This document shows, piece by piece, positions 27,577 to 37,071 of a stretch of DNA of 64,000 nucleotides. This DNA is from a virus (lineage: Duplodnaviria; Caudoviricetes). Each line of letters begins with the position of its first letter. The stretch's first letter is position 1. The notes below the pieces were generated by a model. It made no database searches. It saw only the letters and a list, made by a program, of their open reading frames with translations, and had not been told where the DNA came from. Location: positions 3,713 through 67,712 of the IMG/VR virus record IMGVR_UViG_3300028327_000004; one strand, written 5' to 3'. The position numbers and the translations under genes were made by a program.

Positions 27577-28056
27577 CTACCTTCCACAACAATGTTTATA
27601 TTTTTTGCCGCTTCCACACAGGCAGTATTCGTTGCGCCCCTGTTTTGTTTCAGAACGTGTCGCAGGGACGGGGAGTATTTTGCCGCCGTCATATAACCAG
27701 CGGCCTTCATGTTTTTTGAAATAAGCCATTTCATGATGGACGTTGTTAAGCCGCCCCTGTTCGTAAAAGGCCTTGAATCCAACCCGGCCGGCATCTTCGC
27801 TAATAATTTCAGAAAGAATTATCTCAAGCCCCGTCCATTTTGAAGTCTCGCTCCATTTTTTTATGCTGTCTCGGTCGATGGTTTCCTTATCCCCAAAGCA
27901 GGTGTCAACAATGTAATCGATTTCGTGTAACACATAGGCGGTGTAGCGGCTTCGCATAAGGGCTTCCGGGGTAGGCGCTATTTCTTTGCCGCTGATATAC
28001 GGCTTGCAACACTTTGAATATAATTTGCCTGAACCGCAAGGGCATTTCTCAAACAT
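27577..28056 (-). CDS. YchJ-family SEC-C motif protein
   Basis: CPCGSG..CC, TPEALMRSRYTAY, WLYDGG, GRNEYCLCGSGKKYKHCC. Confidence 0.9.
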   Translation of the reverse strand: MFEKCPCGSGKLYSKCCKPYISGKEIAPTPEALMRSRYTAYVLHEIDYIVDTCFGDKETIDRDSIKKWSETSKWTGLEIILSEIISEDAGRVGFKAFYEQGRLNNVHHEMAYFKKHEGRWLYDGGKILPVPATRSETKQGRNEYCLCGSGKKYKHCCGR

Positions 28057-29607
28057 TTATTCCCCCTCTTTTTGTTTTTTCTTCAGCTCTTCCAATTCTT
28101 CCTGTTCCTCTTCGGACAGTTCCTCTTTTTCTTCAAGTTCCGCTATGCGGTCCTCGGTTGACGGTTCGTCATCAGCCCCTTCCGGATTTTCTTCCTGGCC
28201 TTCCTGCGGCTCTTTAACCTCGGGCAGCGTTTTCACTTCCGGTATTAAATCTTCCGGAACGGGTATCTTATCGAGGGTGTCGCCGAATTGAAGGTAACGC
28301 GCCTCATACGGCTCCATAATTCCGGCGTTGATATAGGCCTGGTATGTGCTGGCTTTTACCTGCTCTTTGTCCGCTTCCAGTTTGTCCACTTCCGCCTGCT
28401 CTTTGGGGGAGAGCTGCTGTAGCGGCTTCCAGATGACGTAAGGCTCGGGCTTGTTTTTCCATTCTGAAATTATCCGCACCAGGCGCAGTAAAATCGGCGC
28501 CGCTTCCTTGCTCTGTTTGGACCGAACCTTGTCATAATAATTTCTCATGTCTGATTCCCCGGTAGAGTTCATTCCGGCCGGGGACACGCCGAACAGCCGC
28601 GTTATGGGGATTTGCGTACACGATGACACCAGCATGAATATGACGTGCAATACTTCCGGAACGCCGGCAAAGCTCACGTTCTCCCTGATGAAATCATCTT
28701 CCTTGTCAAAATACATGGAATGGAAAACGCTTTTTGTTAAGTCCATAACCTCGACACGTTTCATCATCAGGCTTTTTCCATCGGGCTGGCTGAGGATGTC
28801 CGCAAGGTCGCTCAGTTTGTATTTGCCCACGCTGAATTCGTCTAACAGGTGACTCACGCTCGCTATTGAACTGCCCACTTTCCGCAGTTTGTCCTCTACG
28901 TTCTGCAAAACGCTTACGCCCCAGTACCGCTGTTCCTTGCCGTACCGTGTGGCGCCGTCAGGTATCGGATCGCCGTGTATTTCAATCACCCTGGAATAAT
29001 GCACGTCCTTTGATTCTTCGCTGCCAAAACTGCTGATAAACTTTATTGAATAATATTCAGGCAGGCCGTACCGGGGCAGCGTGGGATCAATCTGAAACTT
29101 AATTTTTGAAAACTCGATATCGGATCTGTCGATAACTTTCAGATATTCGATATTTCTTATTTTTTTGGGGTTTAACGGCAGGCTTAAATCCTTGCCGTCC
29201 AGCGCCCCGATGAGGATAGCCGCCCCGCCGTACAGGCGCGCCCAATAAAAGGCCTCGGTTATCTTTGAAATGGCGTCTATATTTTCAAGGACCGCATTAT
29301 ACTCATCCGTCAGCTCTTCTGATTCGATTTCGTCATCATCGGGGAAATCGTATTCCCATCCTTCCCGGAACATGTCATCGGGTATCGCCTTGACAATGTT
29401 CGTGCCCAGGCCGTCATCGACAAAGATATCCTCAAGCTCTTCATCGGTCATTATTCCCGACATCCGCGCCCTGGTATGCCTCTGCTTATCCGCGGCCGTG
29501 CCCAAACCGGAAACGAGGTTCTGCCAGCCGTCCGCTTTTAATTGCCGCCTAACTTTAACGGCCTGCACTCTTGCCGCTACCGAATCCGCCGAAACATTAG
29601 CCCTCAT
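28057..29607 (-). CDS. Portal protein (DUF1073-like)
   Basis: DGWQNLVSGLG, LYGGAAI, IPITRLFGVSPAGMNSTGESDMRNYYD. Confidence 0.9.
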   Translation of the reverse strand: MRANVSADSVAARVQAVKVRRQLKADGWQNLVSGLGTAADKQRHTRARMSGIMTDEELEDIFVDDGLGTNIVKAIPDDMFREGWEYDFPDDDEIESEELTDEYNAVLENIDAISKITEAFYWARLYGGAAILIGALDGKDLSLPLNPKKIRNIEYLKVIDRSDIEFSKIKFQIDPTLPRYGLPEYYSIKFISSFGSEESKDVHYSRVIEIHGDPIPDGATRYGKEQRYWGVSVLQNVEDKLRKVGSSIASVSHLLDEFSVGKYKLSDLADILSQPDGKSLMMKRVEVMDLTKSVFHSMYFDKEDDFIRENVSFAGVPEVLHVIFMLVSSCTQIPITRLFGVSPAGMNSTGESDMRNYYDKVRSKQSKEAAPILLRLVRIISEWKNKPEPYVIWKPLQQLSPKEQAEVDKLEADKEQVKASTYQAYINAGIMEPYEARYLQFGDTLDKIPVPEDLIPEVKTLPEVKEPQEGQEENPEGADDEPSTEDRIAELEEKEELSEEEQEELEELKKKQKEGE

Positions 29608-30133
29608 GGTTTTTTCCCCTCTTGTAAATATCTGAATTAAAATACTCGTCCGCTAGGATTTCGTATTCCTTAACATCATACAATTTATTGTCAATTAACC
29701 TTGTTTCCTGTTTTTTGATTCCGACTATCCTGCCGTTGTAGCGTTTTATCAGCCTGTCGTATGTTTTTTCTATGGGGTTTCCGATAGCGACACAAAAGTT
29801 AATTTTATTAAATCCGTATTTTTGAAAAACATCTTTAATGGCGGTTAAAACATCATTGCCAAAAATGAAATTATGCTTTGATTGCTTGCCCCCGAAATGG
29901 ATTATATGTAACCCCCAAACGCTATTCTCCGCCCTCTTGATTTGATACGCGATCATCCCTAAAATCTCGCTGTCATGTAATGATACAAAATGGTTTGCGT
30001 TGTATGTGTCATCAGGCAATTTAAGCGTCTCGCGGTACGGCATAAATTGTTCATACTGGTAAAACGGATCAAAAGCGGTGTTATAAAATAATTGTTTTAA
30101 TTGTTCCTCATACTTTTTCGCATATTCTAACAT
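29597..30133 (-). CDS. GNAT-fold (RimJ/RimL-like) protein
   Basis: FQKYGFNKI..NP....Y..G..VG pattern; AT-rich. Confidence 0.55.
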   Translation of the reverse strand: MLEYAKKYEEQLKQLFYNTAFDPFYQYEQFMPYRETLKLPDDTYNANHFVSLHDSEILGMIAYQIKRAENSVWGLHIIHFGGKQSKHNFIFGNDVLTAIKDVFQKYGFNKINFCVAIGNPIEKTYDRLIKRYNGRIVGIKKQETRLIDNKLYDVKEYEILADEYFNSDIYKRGKNHEG

Positions 30134-30143
30134 GGCATCCCCT

Positions 30144-31508
30144 CTACCATTCATACTTCGACCTGGACGCAGATCCGCCTTTCGTAAACGCTTCCCGCAA
30201 TAATGAAGCCGCGCTGTCCGGGGCGTCATCAGGCGTTGACCCCTCTTTGTAATCCGTTACCTGCAACATATACTCATCGTCAGACTCCGGCGCCCATTCA
30301 ATGTAATTCCAGAACTTATACAGGTTCGTACTAATTTTGAGATGTTTGTTCTGGGACTCACTATAAGATTTAACGCGTAAACCCATCGCCGTCAAGTCCT
30401 TTCCGCTCATCCCCTTATCGGCGTTTGATTCAACATACAATGTTTTTACCCGGTACTGGTTACAATAACTTTTAATCTGGTTGTACCAGTCCTTGACGTG
30501 CCCCGCGTATGCGAACCCTATGGCCTGGTAAACCGTGCTATCACCGCTTCCCCTCAAGGGAACGATTATTGTCAGGGCGTTGTAGTGGCTGCCGTCAAAA
30601 GCGGTATCAAGATGGGCTATCGCTTCCCTCTTTGAAAAATCCCAGCCTTTTGAATAAATAGGATCCGAAAACAGCAGGGATTCGTCTTTTCCGATTTCCA
30701 ATTCGTAATTTATGGCGTAGAGGAACGGGGTTGTGGTTTCTTTTTTTCTTGTGGCCTCTTCCTTGCTTAAAATCCTGTACGTTTTACCGCCGATCTTGAA
30801 TACGTTGAATCTGCTCTGGGCATATTTCGCAACATCGCAAAAAGCGTTAATCTCCCCCCATGCGTCCTCTCGATGCCAGGGCGTCCCGATCCATGTGCTG
30901 CCCTTCCCGGGATCAATAATGTTTGTCGCTATTTCATGCACCATTTCTTTGGTGCGTTCCCTCTCCGCGCGGCTTAATTTATCCTTGACGGTGATGATGT
31001 CATCGGTAAGCACCTTGTCAAAGTGGGCGCCGGTTAACGCGCCGTCAATTCCCAACGGGGTGATGTTCCCTTCCGGAGTAAGCGTCTTTTTGAAATTCCA
31101 ATGGTAGCGGCCGTCACGCTGCCGGACGATTTTAGGGTATGCCCCATGCGCGTACCTGAATAATTCTTTTATCTCCGGCAGCTCCATGGCCGTGGCGATG
31201 GTGTTTGTATATTCCTTCGCTGCGCTGGCGTTCTTGCGGATTATTCCTATACGGTCATCGGGATGAAAAAGCATCCAGCGGATACAGCCGATGAGCAATA
31301 CGGACGTGCTTTTATAACTGCCCCGGAAAGCCTGTAACGCCCGGGGTTCGTCACTGTCCCAGCAATACTTGATCCATTCGCTGTGTATCGGGTTTAATTT
31401 ATCGCGGCCTATCAGCCATCCCAGTTTATGGGGTTCGTCAGCGACAATCTGCAGGAAAGCGTCGGAGCAGAGCTGCTGTTTCCAGCTACCCCTTGCCTCA
31501 TCCTTCAT
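30144..31508 (-). CDS. terL: Terminase large subunit
   Basis: RGSYKST, LTGAHFDKVLTDD, nuclease DTAF/DDAPDS. Confidence 0.93.
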   Translation of the reverse strand: MKDEARGSWKQQLCSDAFLQIVADEPHKLGWLIGRDKLNPIHSEWIKYCWDSDEPRALQAFRGSYKSTSVLLIGCIRWMLFHPDDRIGIIRKNASAAKEYTNTIATAMELPEIKELFRYAHGAYPKIVRQRDGRYHWNFKKTLTPEGNITPLGIDGALTGAHFDKVLTDDIITVKDKLSRAERERTKEMVHEIATNIIDPGKGSTWIGTPWHREDAWGEINAFCDVAKYAQSRFNVFKIGGKTYRILSKEEATRKKETTTPFLYAINYELEIGKDESLLFSDPIYSKGWDFSKREAIAHLDTAFDGSHYNALTIIVPLRGSGDSTVYQAIGFAYAGHVKDWYNQIKSYCNQYRVKTLYVESNADKGMSGKDLTAMGLRVKSYSESQNKHLKISTNLYKFWNYIEWAPESDDEYMLQVTDYKEGSTPDDAPDSAASLLREAFTKGGSASRSKYEW

Positions 31509-32082
31509 TCTTCCCCTTTTTTAACGTGCCTTTTTTCGTGACTATTTTCGGCTGTATTTTTGCCGATTTCTTTTTTGTGTCGCCAAAAATCCTGTCAAGC
31601 CGATCTTTTGCGGTGTCGGGTATGCTGTTGGTAAATTCATGCTTATTGTTATTGTTGACGGTTTCCCTCCAGTTGCAATGCGCCTTCATGTAGAAAATCA
31701 TCATGGAAGGGTTCGCCTTGCCCAATTCGACGGCTTCCTCTTCTTTGTCCTTTTCGTTCGCGCCTTTTTTCTGCCCTGTTTTTGATTTCGGGGCCGGCTT
31801 TTTCGGAGGGTTCAAAGGTATGCCCATCATCACCTTTTTGTAGGCTCTTGCCCAAAAAGCGATAAAAGCCGATTTTCCTTTTTTATAAGCGTCCGAAAAA
31901 TCCGGGTAGTCTTTTGTCCAGTTAAAAAAGGTGTCCCTGGCAATGCCGATTTCGGCGCACACTTCTTCAACGATGTAGCCTTTTGACATACAGGTTATGA
32001 CGGTTTCGCACATGGAAACGTCATATTTCGACGGTCTGCCCTTTGGCAGATAATCTGCCGGGTCTTTTTTTGGAGTAGCCAT
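31498..32082 (-). CDS. terS: Terminase small subunit
   Basis: GRPSKY, HTH IGIARDTFFNW..YPDF; directly upstream of terL. Confidence 0.85.
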   Translation of the reverse strand: MATPKKDPADYLPKGRPSKYDVSMCETVITCMSKGYIVEEVCAEIGIARDTFFNWTKDYPDFSDAYKKGKSAFIAFWARAYKKVMMGIPLNPPKKPAPKSKTGQKKGANEKDKEEEAVELGKANPSMMIFYMKAHCNWRETVNNNNKHEFTNSIPDTAKDRLDRIFGDTKKKSAKIQPKIVTKKGTLKKGKNEG

Positions 32083-32104
32083 ATTTTTCTTGCCTCGTAA
32101 AGCG

Positions 32105-32132
32105 ATTATACACTGATTTTATGGAATAGCAA
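32105..32132 (-). promoter_or_regulatory. Promoter upstream of terS
   Basis: TTGCTA-N16-TATAAT. Confidence 0.65.
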
Positions 32133-32311
32133 GCGTATTACGTTTTTTAACTTTTATGGGCAGGGACTATTTCCATAACCACATAACATTTTGTCCTTTC
32201 CTGTACCTCCTGCTCATTTAACCCCATACTCTGCAGGTAGGATTTATAAGCTTCCAATTCATGACGCTGTACTAATTGAAGAGGGTTATCAGTTCCCATA
32301 ATTACTCCTTT

Positions 32312-32557
32312 TCAGTTTTTTTCGGCCAATAATTGAAAAAACTTGTTTTGCAATAAGGTTTCGTATTTCTCTCGAATACGCTTTTTCTTTGCGTTTTTAT
32401 AATAAAAATACCACTTTGGGTTTTCAGCAGAGGCCGCCAATAGCATACAGTCATAAATAGGCCTTATGACATTCTTCAAAACAACATTAAAAGCGTCTTT
32501 AATTTCATCAAAACATTTAACATACGCTTTTGCTATTGATCCCCAATCGTATCCCAT
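32312..32557 (-). CDS. Hypothetical protein
   Basis: AT-rich ORF on the coding strand. Confidence 0.5.
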   Translation of the reverse strand: MGYDWGSIAKAYVKCFDEIKDAFNVVLKNVIRPIYDCMLLAASAENPKWYFYYKNAKKKRIREKYETLLQNKFFQLLAEKN

Positions 32558-32611
32558 GAGAAAATCATACTACCTGTTATTTGTTTTGTCTACACTTTCC
32601 GAAAGTACATC

Positions 32612-32806
32612 TTAACCTGGATAATCTAAAAAAGTTATTTGGTTTATGGGTATTTCATCATTGAAGGTTGTCATCATCTCATGGAATTCCTCTTCGGTAC
32701 ATTTTCTGTCCAATTCTTTTGGGAATTCATATTCCATTGTAAAACCGCCGTTTAATAATTTGGCCATGAAGCGGTCTGCCGCCCCCTGAGCATCTTTGTC
32801 TATCAT
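32612..32806 (-). CDS. Hypothetical protein
   Basis: ORF on the coding strand. Confidence 0.45.
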   Translation of the reverse strand: MIDKDAQGAADRFMAKLLNGGFTMEYEFPKELDRKCTEEEFHEMMTTFNDEIPINQITFLDYPG

Positions 32807-32828
32807 GTTAATTTATGTTATCAAAAAA

Positions 32829-33350
32829 TTAGACTTTCCGCAAGTAAAGCTCTTTTGAATATCCCGGCGCCCTGTTGGCCATCATCTGTAGAAACTGCTC
32901 CTTCGATATGTCGGACAGGCGGTATACCTCCTCCGGTCTCATGCCCAGTTCCACGCCTATCTCCTTTATGGACTTTCCCTGCTGTAGCAGCTTTTTAACG
33001 ATGTTTTTCATGGGCTCAAGAAGGTGCGTTCCGCGGGCTCGGTTGTGCGTTACCGTCCCGTACATATCGCCGGCCTCGTCTTTATGCTTTACAATTACGA
33101 TGGGCACTTTGTTTTTAAGCTGCGTTTTCAGGGGTTCTTCGCCGGCAACCGTCCATCTGTGAAATCCGTCAATAATGGTCATATCCGGCCGCACCACAAT
33201 CGGGAGCGTCCAGCCGTTTGAAAGTATGGATTGCGTGAGAAGGTTTAAGTTTTCCCTTGACACTTTATTGGGGTTGTATGAATTCGGTTTTAATATGTCC
33301 CGTTCTACCCATTGCAGGGTAGACAACGGCGCCATCAGTTTATTTTCCAT
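32829..33350 (-). CDS. ParB/Srx-domain protein, IbrB-like
   Basis: NSYNPN, GWTLPIVV, IIDGFHRW, TVTHNRARG. Confidence 0.88.
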   Translation of the reverse strand: MENKLMAPLSTLQWVERDILKPNSYNPNKVSRENLNLLTQSILSNGWTLPIVVRPDMTIIDGFHRWTVAGEEPLKTQLKNKVPIVIVKHKDEAGDMYGTVTHNRARGTHLLEPMKNIVKKLLQQGKSIKEIGVELGMRPEEVYRLSDISKEQFLQMMANRAPGYSKELYLRKV

Positions 33351-34479
33351 GAGGTTTCCTTTCTTTTTTGTCGTGTTCGTTTGAATAGTCCATATTGATG
33401 CCGGTAATTATCGCCCGGAGGGTTCTTTGTTTCGGGTCCCCTCCGACAAGGCAGTCGTAGATTTTTTTGTATGTTTTGTCATTTATGATAAGCCCGTACT
33501 TCACAAGCAACTGGTTTATGTTCCTCGCGTTAATCAGGCCGCCTTTTGTTTTGAAGTTTTTGAGAGGGCTTTCCAACATCCTGAACACTTCGGACTTATA
33601 ATCTTTTTTTTCTTCAAGTTCCCTGCGCTTTTTCGAGGAATGCCGGAACATTTCGCTGTCCCAGTAAAGGGCGGCAAGGTAGGCGTTCGGCTCTCTCCGG
33701 ATTATGCGGTCCATTAAATCCGGGTAGTATTCGTTCATCTTCACAAGGGACTTTGCCGTGTCCACTGAAAAGAATTGGGAGACGCGCAGGCTTCGTAACG
33801 TGCTTCCGGACTGGTACAGGAACAGGTAGATGTCCGGGATTGTTATTTTCCTTTCGTGCAAATACCGCCATACGTCCGTATCTTTGAAATCATAAATAGC
33901 CCAAACCATGTTCCCCCTGGCCAACCCCTTCTTTGACGTGAAAGAATTTGTCATATACTTTGAACGCTGTACCGATTCCGCCATGCGGACGCCGGTTATT
34001 ACTATGCCGTCCGAATTATGCCTTGTTAGAAAGTCCTGGTAGGTATATACCCGGTTCTTCATCCGCGGGTGCTGCATTATGGCAAATTTCGGGGGCCGCC
34101 GCACCCACACGTCTCTTTTCGTGCTGTCCCAGCAGATGAACGATTCATCCTCTTCCAGATTATTGAAGCAGCAAAAATGCCTTACCTCAAGACAAAACCA
34201 GTTGAATTGCCCTCCCATGAGCAGCACTTTTTTCCGCCATGTCATGACGGATAATTCGATACAGTCAAAAATCGCCTCTTCATCGATGAATTCGACAATC
34301 ATCTGTTTTGGATCAATCCTGCCCTCCTGGGCGAGGGTCAGGATTAAATCCAAAAGGCACAGGGAATCTTTGCCGCCCGAAAAAGACACATACACTTTCT
34401 TTCCGTTGGAAAAAGCGTTAATAATCCGTCTCCGGGCGGCTTCTACGACTGATCTCGTTCCTTCCCGTTTTACAACCAT
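33340..34479 (-). CDS. PAPS-reductase-family (PP-loop) protein, IbrA-like
   Basis: SFSGGKDS PP-loop, FIDEEA, GVRMAESVQR, IYDFKDTDVW. Confidence 0.9.
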   Translation of the reverse strand: MVVKREGTRSVVEAARRRIINAFSNGKKVYVSFSGGKDSLCLLDLILTLAQEGRIDPKQMIVEFIDEEAIFDCIELSVMTWRKKVLLMGGQFNWFCLEVRHFCCFNNLEEDESFICWDSTKRDVWVRRPPKFAIMQHPRMKNRVYTYQDFLTRHNSDGIVITGVRMAESVQRSKYMTNSFTSKKGLARGNMVWAIYDFKDTDVWRYLHERKITIPDIYLFLYQSGSTLRSLRVSQFFSVDTAKSLVKMNEYYPDLMDRIIRREPNAYLAALYWDSEMFRHSSKKRRELEEKKDYKSEVFRMLESPLKNFKTKGGLINARNINQLLVKYGLIINDKTYKKIYDCLVGGDPKQRTLRAIITGINMDYSNEHDKKERKPHGK

Positions 34480-35051
34480 ATTTCGGCGCCGCACTGGGGG
34501 CAGGTGTGCAGGGTTTTTCCGGCGAATGTTTCATTGTCGGTTTCATCGCCGGGCCCCTCATCCTGTTCGCTGTTTACGTCCGCGTTCGCGTCAATGCCGG
34601 CAAGGTTTCCTTCGGTCGCTTTGCCGTAATCGTCAAGCGCCGCGGATATTTCTTCCGACGCGGCGTTAATGGACGCAAGCACGTCATCGTCAAAGCCGGG
34701 TATGTCGAAATCCCCGGCCAGCTCGATGATGAGCTCCTCGATGTTCCCCAGGTTGTCAACGCCCAGGCCGGCCGTCTTATTGTCCGCCATCATCAGCTTT
34801 TTCTTTTCGTTTTCCGTCAGGTCGTACATTATGATTACGCGGATCTTCTTAAAACCTTCAAGCCGCATGGCCTCGACCAAGCCGTTCCCGGCCAAAACGA
34901 GGTAGTTCTCATCGATGACGGCGTTCTTGTACTGCCCCCATTTTTTTAAGGAGCGCCGGATTTCGTTAATTTGTTTTTCTGGGTGTATGCGCGTGTTCTT
35001 TTCCGGGGTTTTAAGCAGGGATATATTGACCTCTTTATATTCTTTTCTCAT
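34470..35051 (-). CDS. ParB-like nuclease-domain protein with C-terminal Zn knuckle
   Basis: NTRIHP, VLAGNG, ADNKT; CPQCG. Confidence 0.8.
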   Translation of the reverse strand: MRKEYKEVNISLLKTPEKNTRIHPEKQINEIRRSLKKWGQYKNAVIDENYLVLAGNGLVEAMRLEGFKKIRVIIMYDLTENEKKKLMMADNKTAGLGVDNLGNIEELIIELAGDFDIPGFDDDVLASINAASEEISAALDDYGKATEGNLAGIDANADVNSEQDEGPGDETDNETFAGKTLHTCPQCGAEIWL

Positions 35052-36066
35052 GCTTTTTCCCCCGTTCAATTAAATGCCAGCCTACCGCGAACAGAACCCC
35101 GCCGATGACAATGTAAATCCTTATGGACGCCATGAGCGTCCACACGCCCAATACCCCCATCGGTATTAAGAGCTGCCACAAGGCGATGGCGGCCGCGTTG
35201 ACGGCCAGGCCCAGCCGGCGCCCGAAGGTGATGTAAATGCTGTACAAAAATGACGAGATTGTGGAAACGGCTACCAGCGTTATCAAAAAGGCCTTGATAA
35301 TGTTCAGCACGGGATTGAAGTTTGTCCACGCCAGTAGGAATGTGAACGTCAGGTAGGCGCCGAACAGCAGCCCGCCGCCGATGAAGGCGCGCCGTATGTT
35401 TACCTTTTTCGTCCCGTCCTTGTTTTGGTCGTTGTAGTCCAGTATCTCGAAAAAATACGGATAGAGGAACGGCCCCGGAAGCAGCAGAACGCATTTTTGT
35501 ATGCCGTTGGATATCGCCCCGGCCTCAAGCCCCCAGGACAGAACGCGCATATCGCCCTGGGAATAAATAATGGCGAACACCGTCAGGAGCAGCGCGACAA
35601 TGTAGACGCTGATCCAGCTCGCGTAGTCGGTGAGGACGTTCCGGATCATGCCGTACCTGAGCAACAGGATGATAAAAACGCCGGCGACCGCGTAGGCCAG
35701 AATCATGCCGAAACGCCCGGTGAGCAGGGTGTCCTTGAAAATGGATTGGATGCCGTTAAGGTTTACCCATATCTGGAACACGCACATCAGGCCGATGACG
35801 TAATGCATGAAGCGGCTGCGGAAAACCTCGCGCACCTTTGGTATCACCGGCGCCAGTAACCCGAACACAATGCAGGCCATTGTGTTCCCGAAGGCCCAGA
35901 TTAGGAAGGGCAGAACGCCGAAGTTCTGCGCCATCTGGATGCCCACCATGAGCGAACCTACCCCGGCCCATGTCGCCGCGACGGACATGGAGTAGTAACG
36001 CGATGGATTTTGAATGAAGCTGGTTTTTGCGCGTGCGAATACGCGCCCTTTGAGAATAGTGTACAT
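35035..36066 (-). CDS. Multi-pass membrane transporter (SSS/symporter-like)
   Basis: About 10 hydrophobic helices; SVAATWAGVGSL resembles solute:sodium symporter TM1. Confidence 0.7.
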   Translation of the reverse strand: MYTILKGRVFARAKTSFIQNPSRYYSMSVAATWAGVGSLMVGIQMAQNFGVLPFLIWAFGNTMACIVFGLLAPVIPKVREVFRSRFMHYVIGLMCVFQIWVNLNGIQSIFKDTLLTGRFGMILAYAVAGVFIILLLRYGMIRNVLTDYASWISVYIVALLLTVFAIIYSQGDMRVLSWGLEAGAISNGIQKCVLLLPGPFLYPYFFEILDYNDQNKDGTKKVNIRRAFIGGGLLFGAYLTFTFLLAWTNFNPVLNIIKAFLITLVAVSTISSFLYSIYITFGRRLGLAVNAAAIALWQLLIPMGVLGVWTLMASIRIYIVIGGVLFAVGWHLIERGKKHEKRI

Positions 36067-36086
36067 TAAGTTCTCCCTCGGCAATG

Positions 36087-36116
36087 AGTATACAGCAGGG
36101 ATAATTTTAATGTCAA
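36087..36116 (-). promoter_or_regulatory. Promoter for the transporter-ParB-IbrA-IbrB operon
   Basis: TTGACA-N18-TATACT. Confidence 0.75.
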
Positions 36117-36209
36117 ATTTTATTGAAAAGTATTATAAGTATTTAGCGGTCTTATACGGTATTATGAGTATTTTGTCCGAACGTTCGGACAAATTTTTTC
36201 TTTCCTCAC

Positions 36210-36419
36210 TCATTTCAGTAGAATTACATTCGCTTCGCCGGCAATACATTCGGGCAGACGGCGGCGGTTATCCCCCACAGGTTCATATAACGGCAGATGA
36301 AAAAGGTCGCACCCTGGCTGGAACGGGCCTTCACCGGTTACCCACTGTTTACGATACTTACAGCGGCCGCAAATATCGCCTTCGCAATCAATCTCAACTT
36401 TGGCCAATACTTCCGTCAT
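36210..36419 (-). CDS. Small Cys-rich hypothetical protein
   Basis: CxxxxCxxC...C..C; GGAG RBS. Confidence 0.55.
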   Translation of the reverse strand: MTEVLAKVEIDCEGDICGRCKYRKQWVTGEGPFQPGCDLFHLPLYEPVGDNRRRLPECIAGEANVILLK

Positions 36420-36451
36420 ATTTTACACTCCTTTATATCATAGTATCTTTT

Positions 36452-36907
36452 TCAATGTGTATATTCCAGTATCAGCAAGCCGCCTTTCGTCTTGCCGCAT
36501 TTTGTCCAGCCGGCCTTTTGAAAACAATATCCCGGGTTTGTCGATTTTATCTTTTTCGGATTGATGTATGTATACAGCCTATCTTTTGGCCATCGCCTGC
36601 GGCATATTGATACCGCTTCTTTAATCAGCGATGATGACAAAAGTTTTCCTTCGTTTCGGAATACGGCGCAGTTTACCCCCTGCTGGCCGCTGTCGTCTAT
36701 AAACTTTCGCCACACAAAAAGCGCCTTATTGTCCAATGTAAGCAATACCATCTTTTCTCCGGGCCCGCAAAACAGCTTCCTATCTCTTTGATCGGCGTAC
36801 CTTCGGGCCGAATAATGGCGCAGGTATATCGCGAGCGCGGCGGGGTTGCCGTCTTTTACCTGATACCAGTTGCCGCCGCCTATCGGAAATAAGAAACTAT
36901 CCTGCAT
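36452..36907 (-). CDS. Mom-like (GNAT-fold) DNA modification protein
   Basis: RHYS near N-terminus; LYTYINP..STNPGYCFQKAGW resembles the Mom-family signature. Confidence 0.55.
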   Translation of the reverse strand: MQDSFLFPIGGGNWYQVKDGNPAALAIYLRHYSARRYADQRDRKLFCGPGEKMVLLTLDNKALFVWRKFIDDSGQQGVNCAVFRNEGKLLSSSLIKEAVSICRRRWPKDRLYTYINPKKIKSTNPGYCFQKAGWTKCGKTKGGLLILEYTH

Positions 36908-37070
36908 TTTTATTTTCCTGCTCCATCAGTTGTATCATCGCCAAATCTACCACTCTCAATAGTTCTTCAGGCGGCAAATAGTTAGTACATTTTTTATAAC
37001 AATGCTCTTTGGTACATTTTTGGCAAGCAAAAATCATTTTTTCCATGTTTTTTAATTCTGTTATGCTCAT
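36897..37070 (-). CDS. Small Cys-containing hypothetical protein
   Basis: Start MSITEL with GGAG RBS. Confidence 0.5.
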   Translation of the reverse strand: MSITELKNMEKMIFACQKCTKEHCYKKCTNYLPPEELLRVVDLAMIQLMEQENKNAG

Positions 37071-37071
37071 A

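Noticed and set aside
27570-27794. N-terminal part of ORF 27291-27794
   Set aside because: Overlaps the clearly conserved YchJ-family gene in another frame
28057-29607. Portal as an anti-CBASS (Acb1) gene
   Set aside because: DUF1073-type proteins sometimes receive that label, but position after terL and size indicate a portal; no separate 2H phosphoesterase domain was seen
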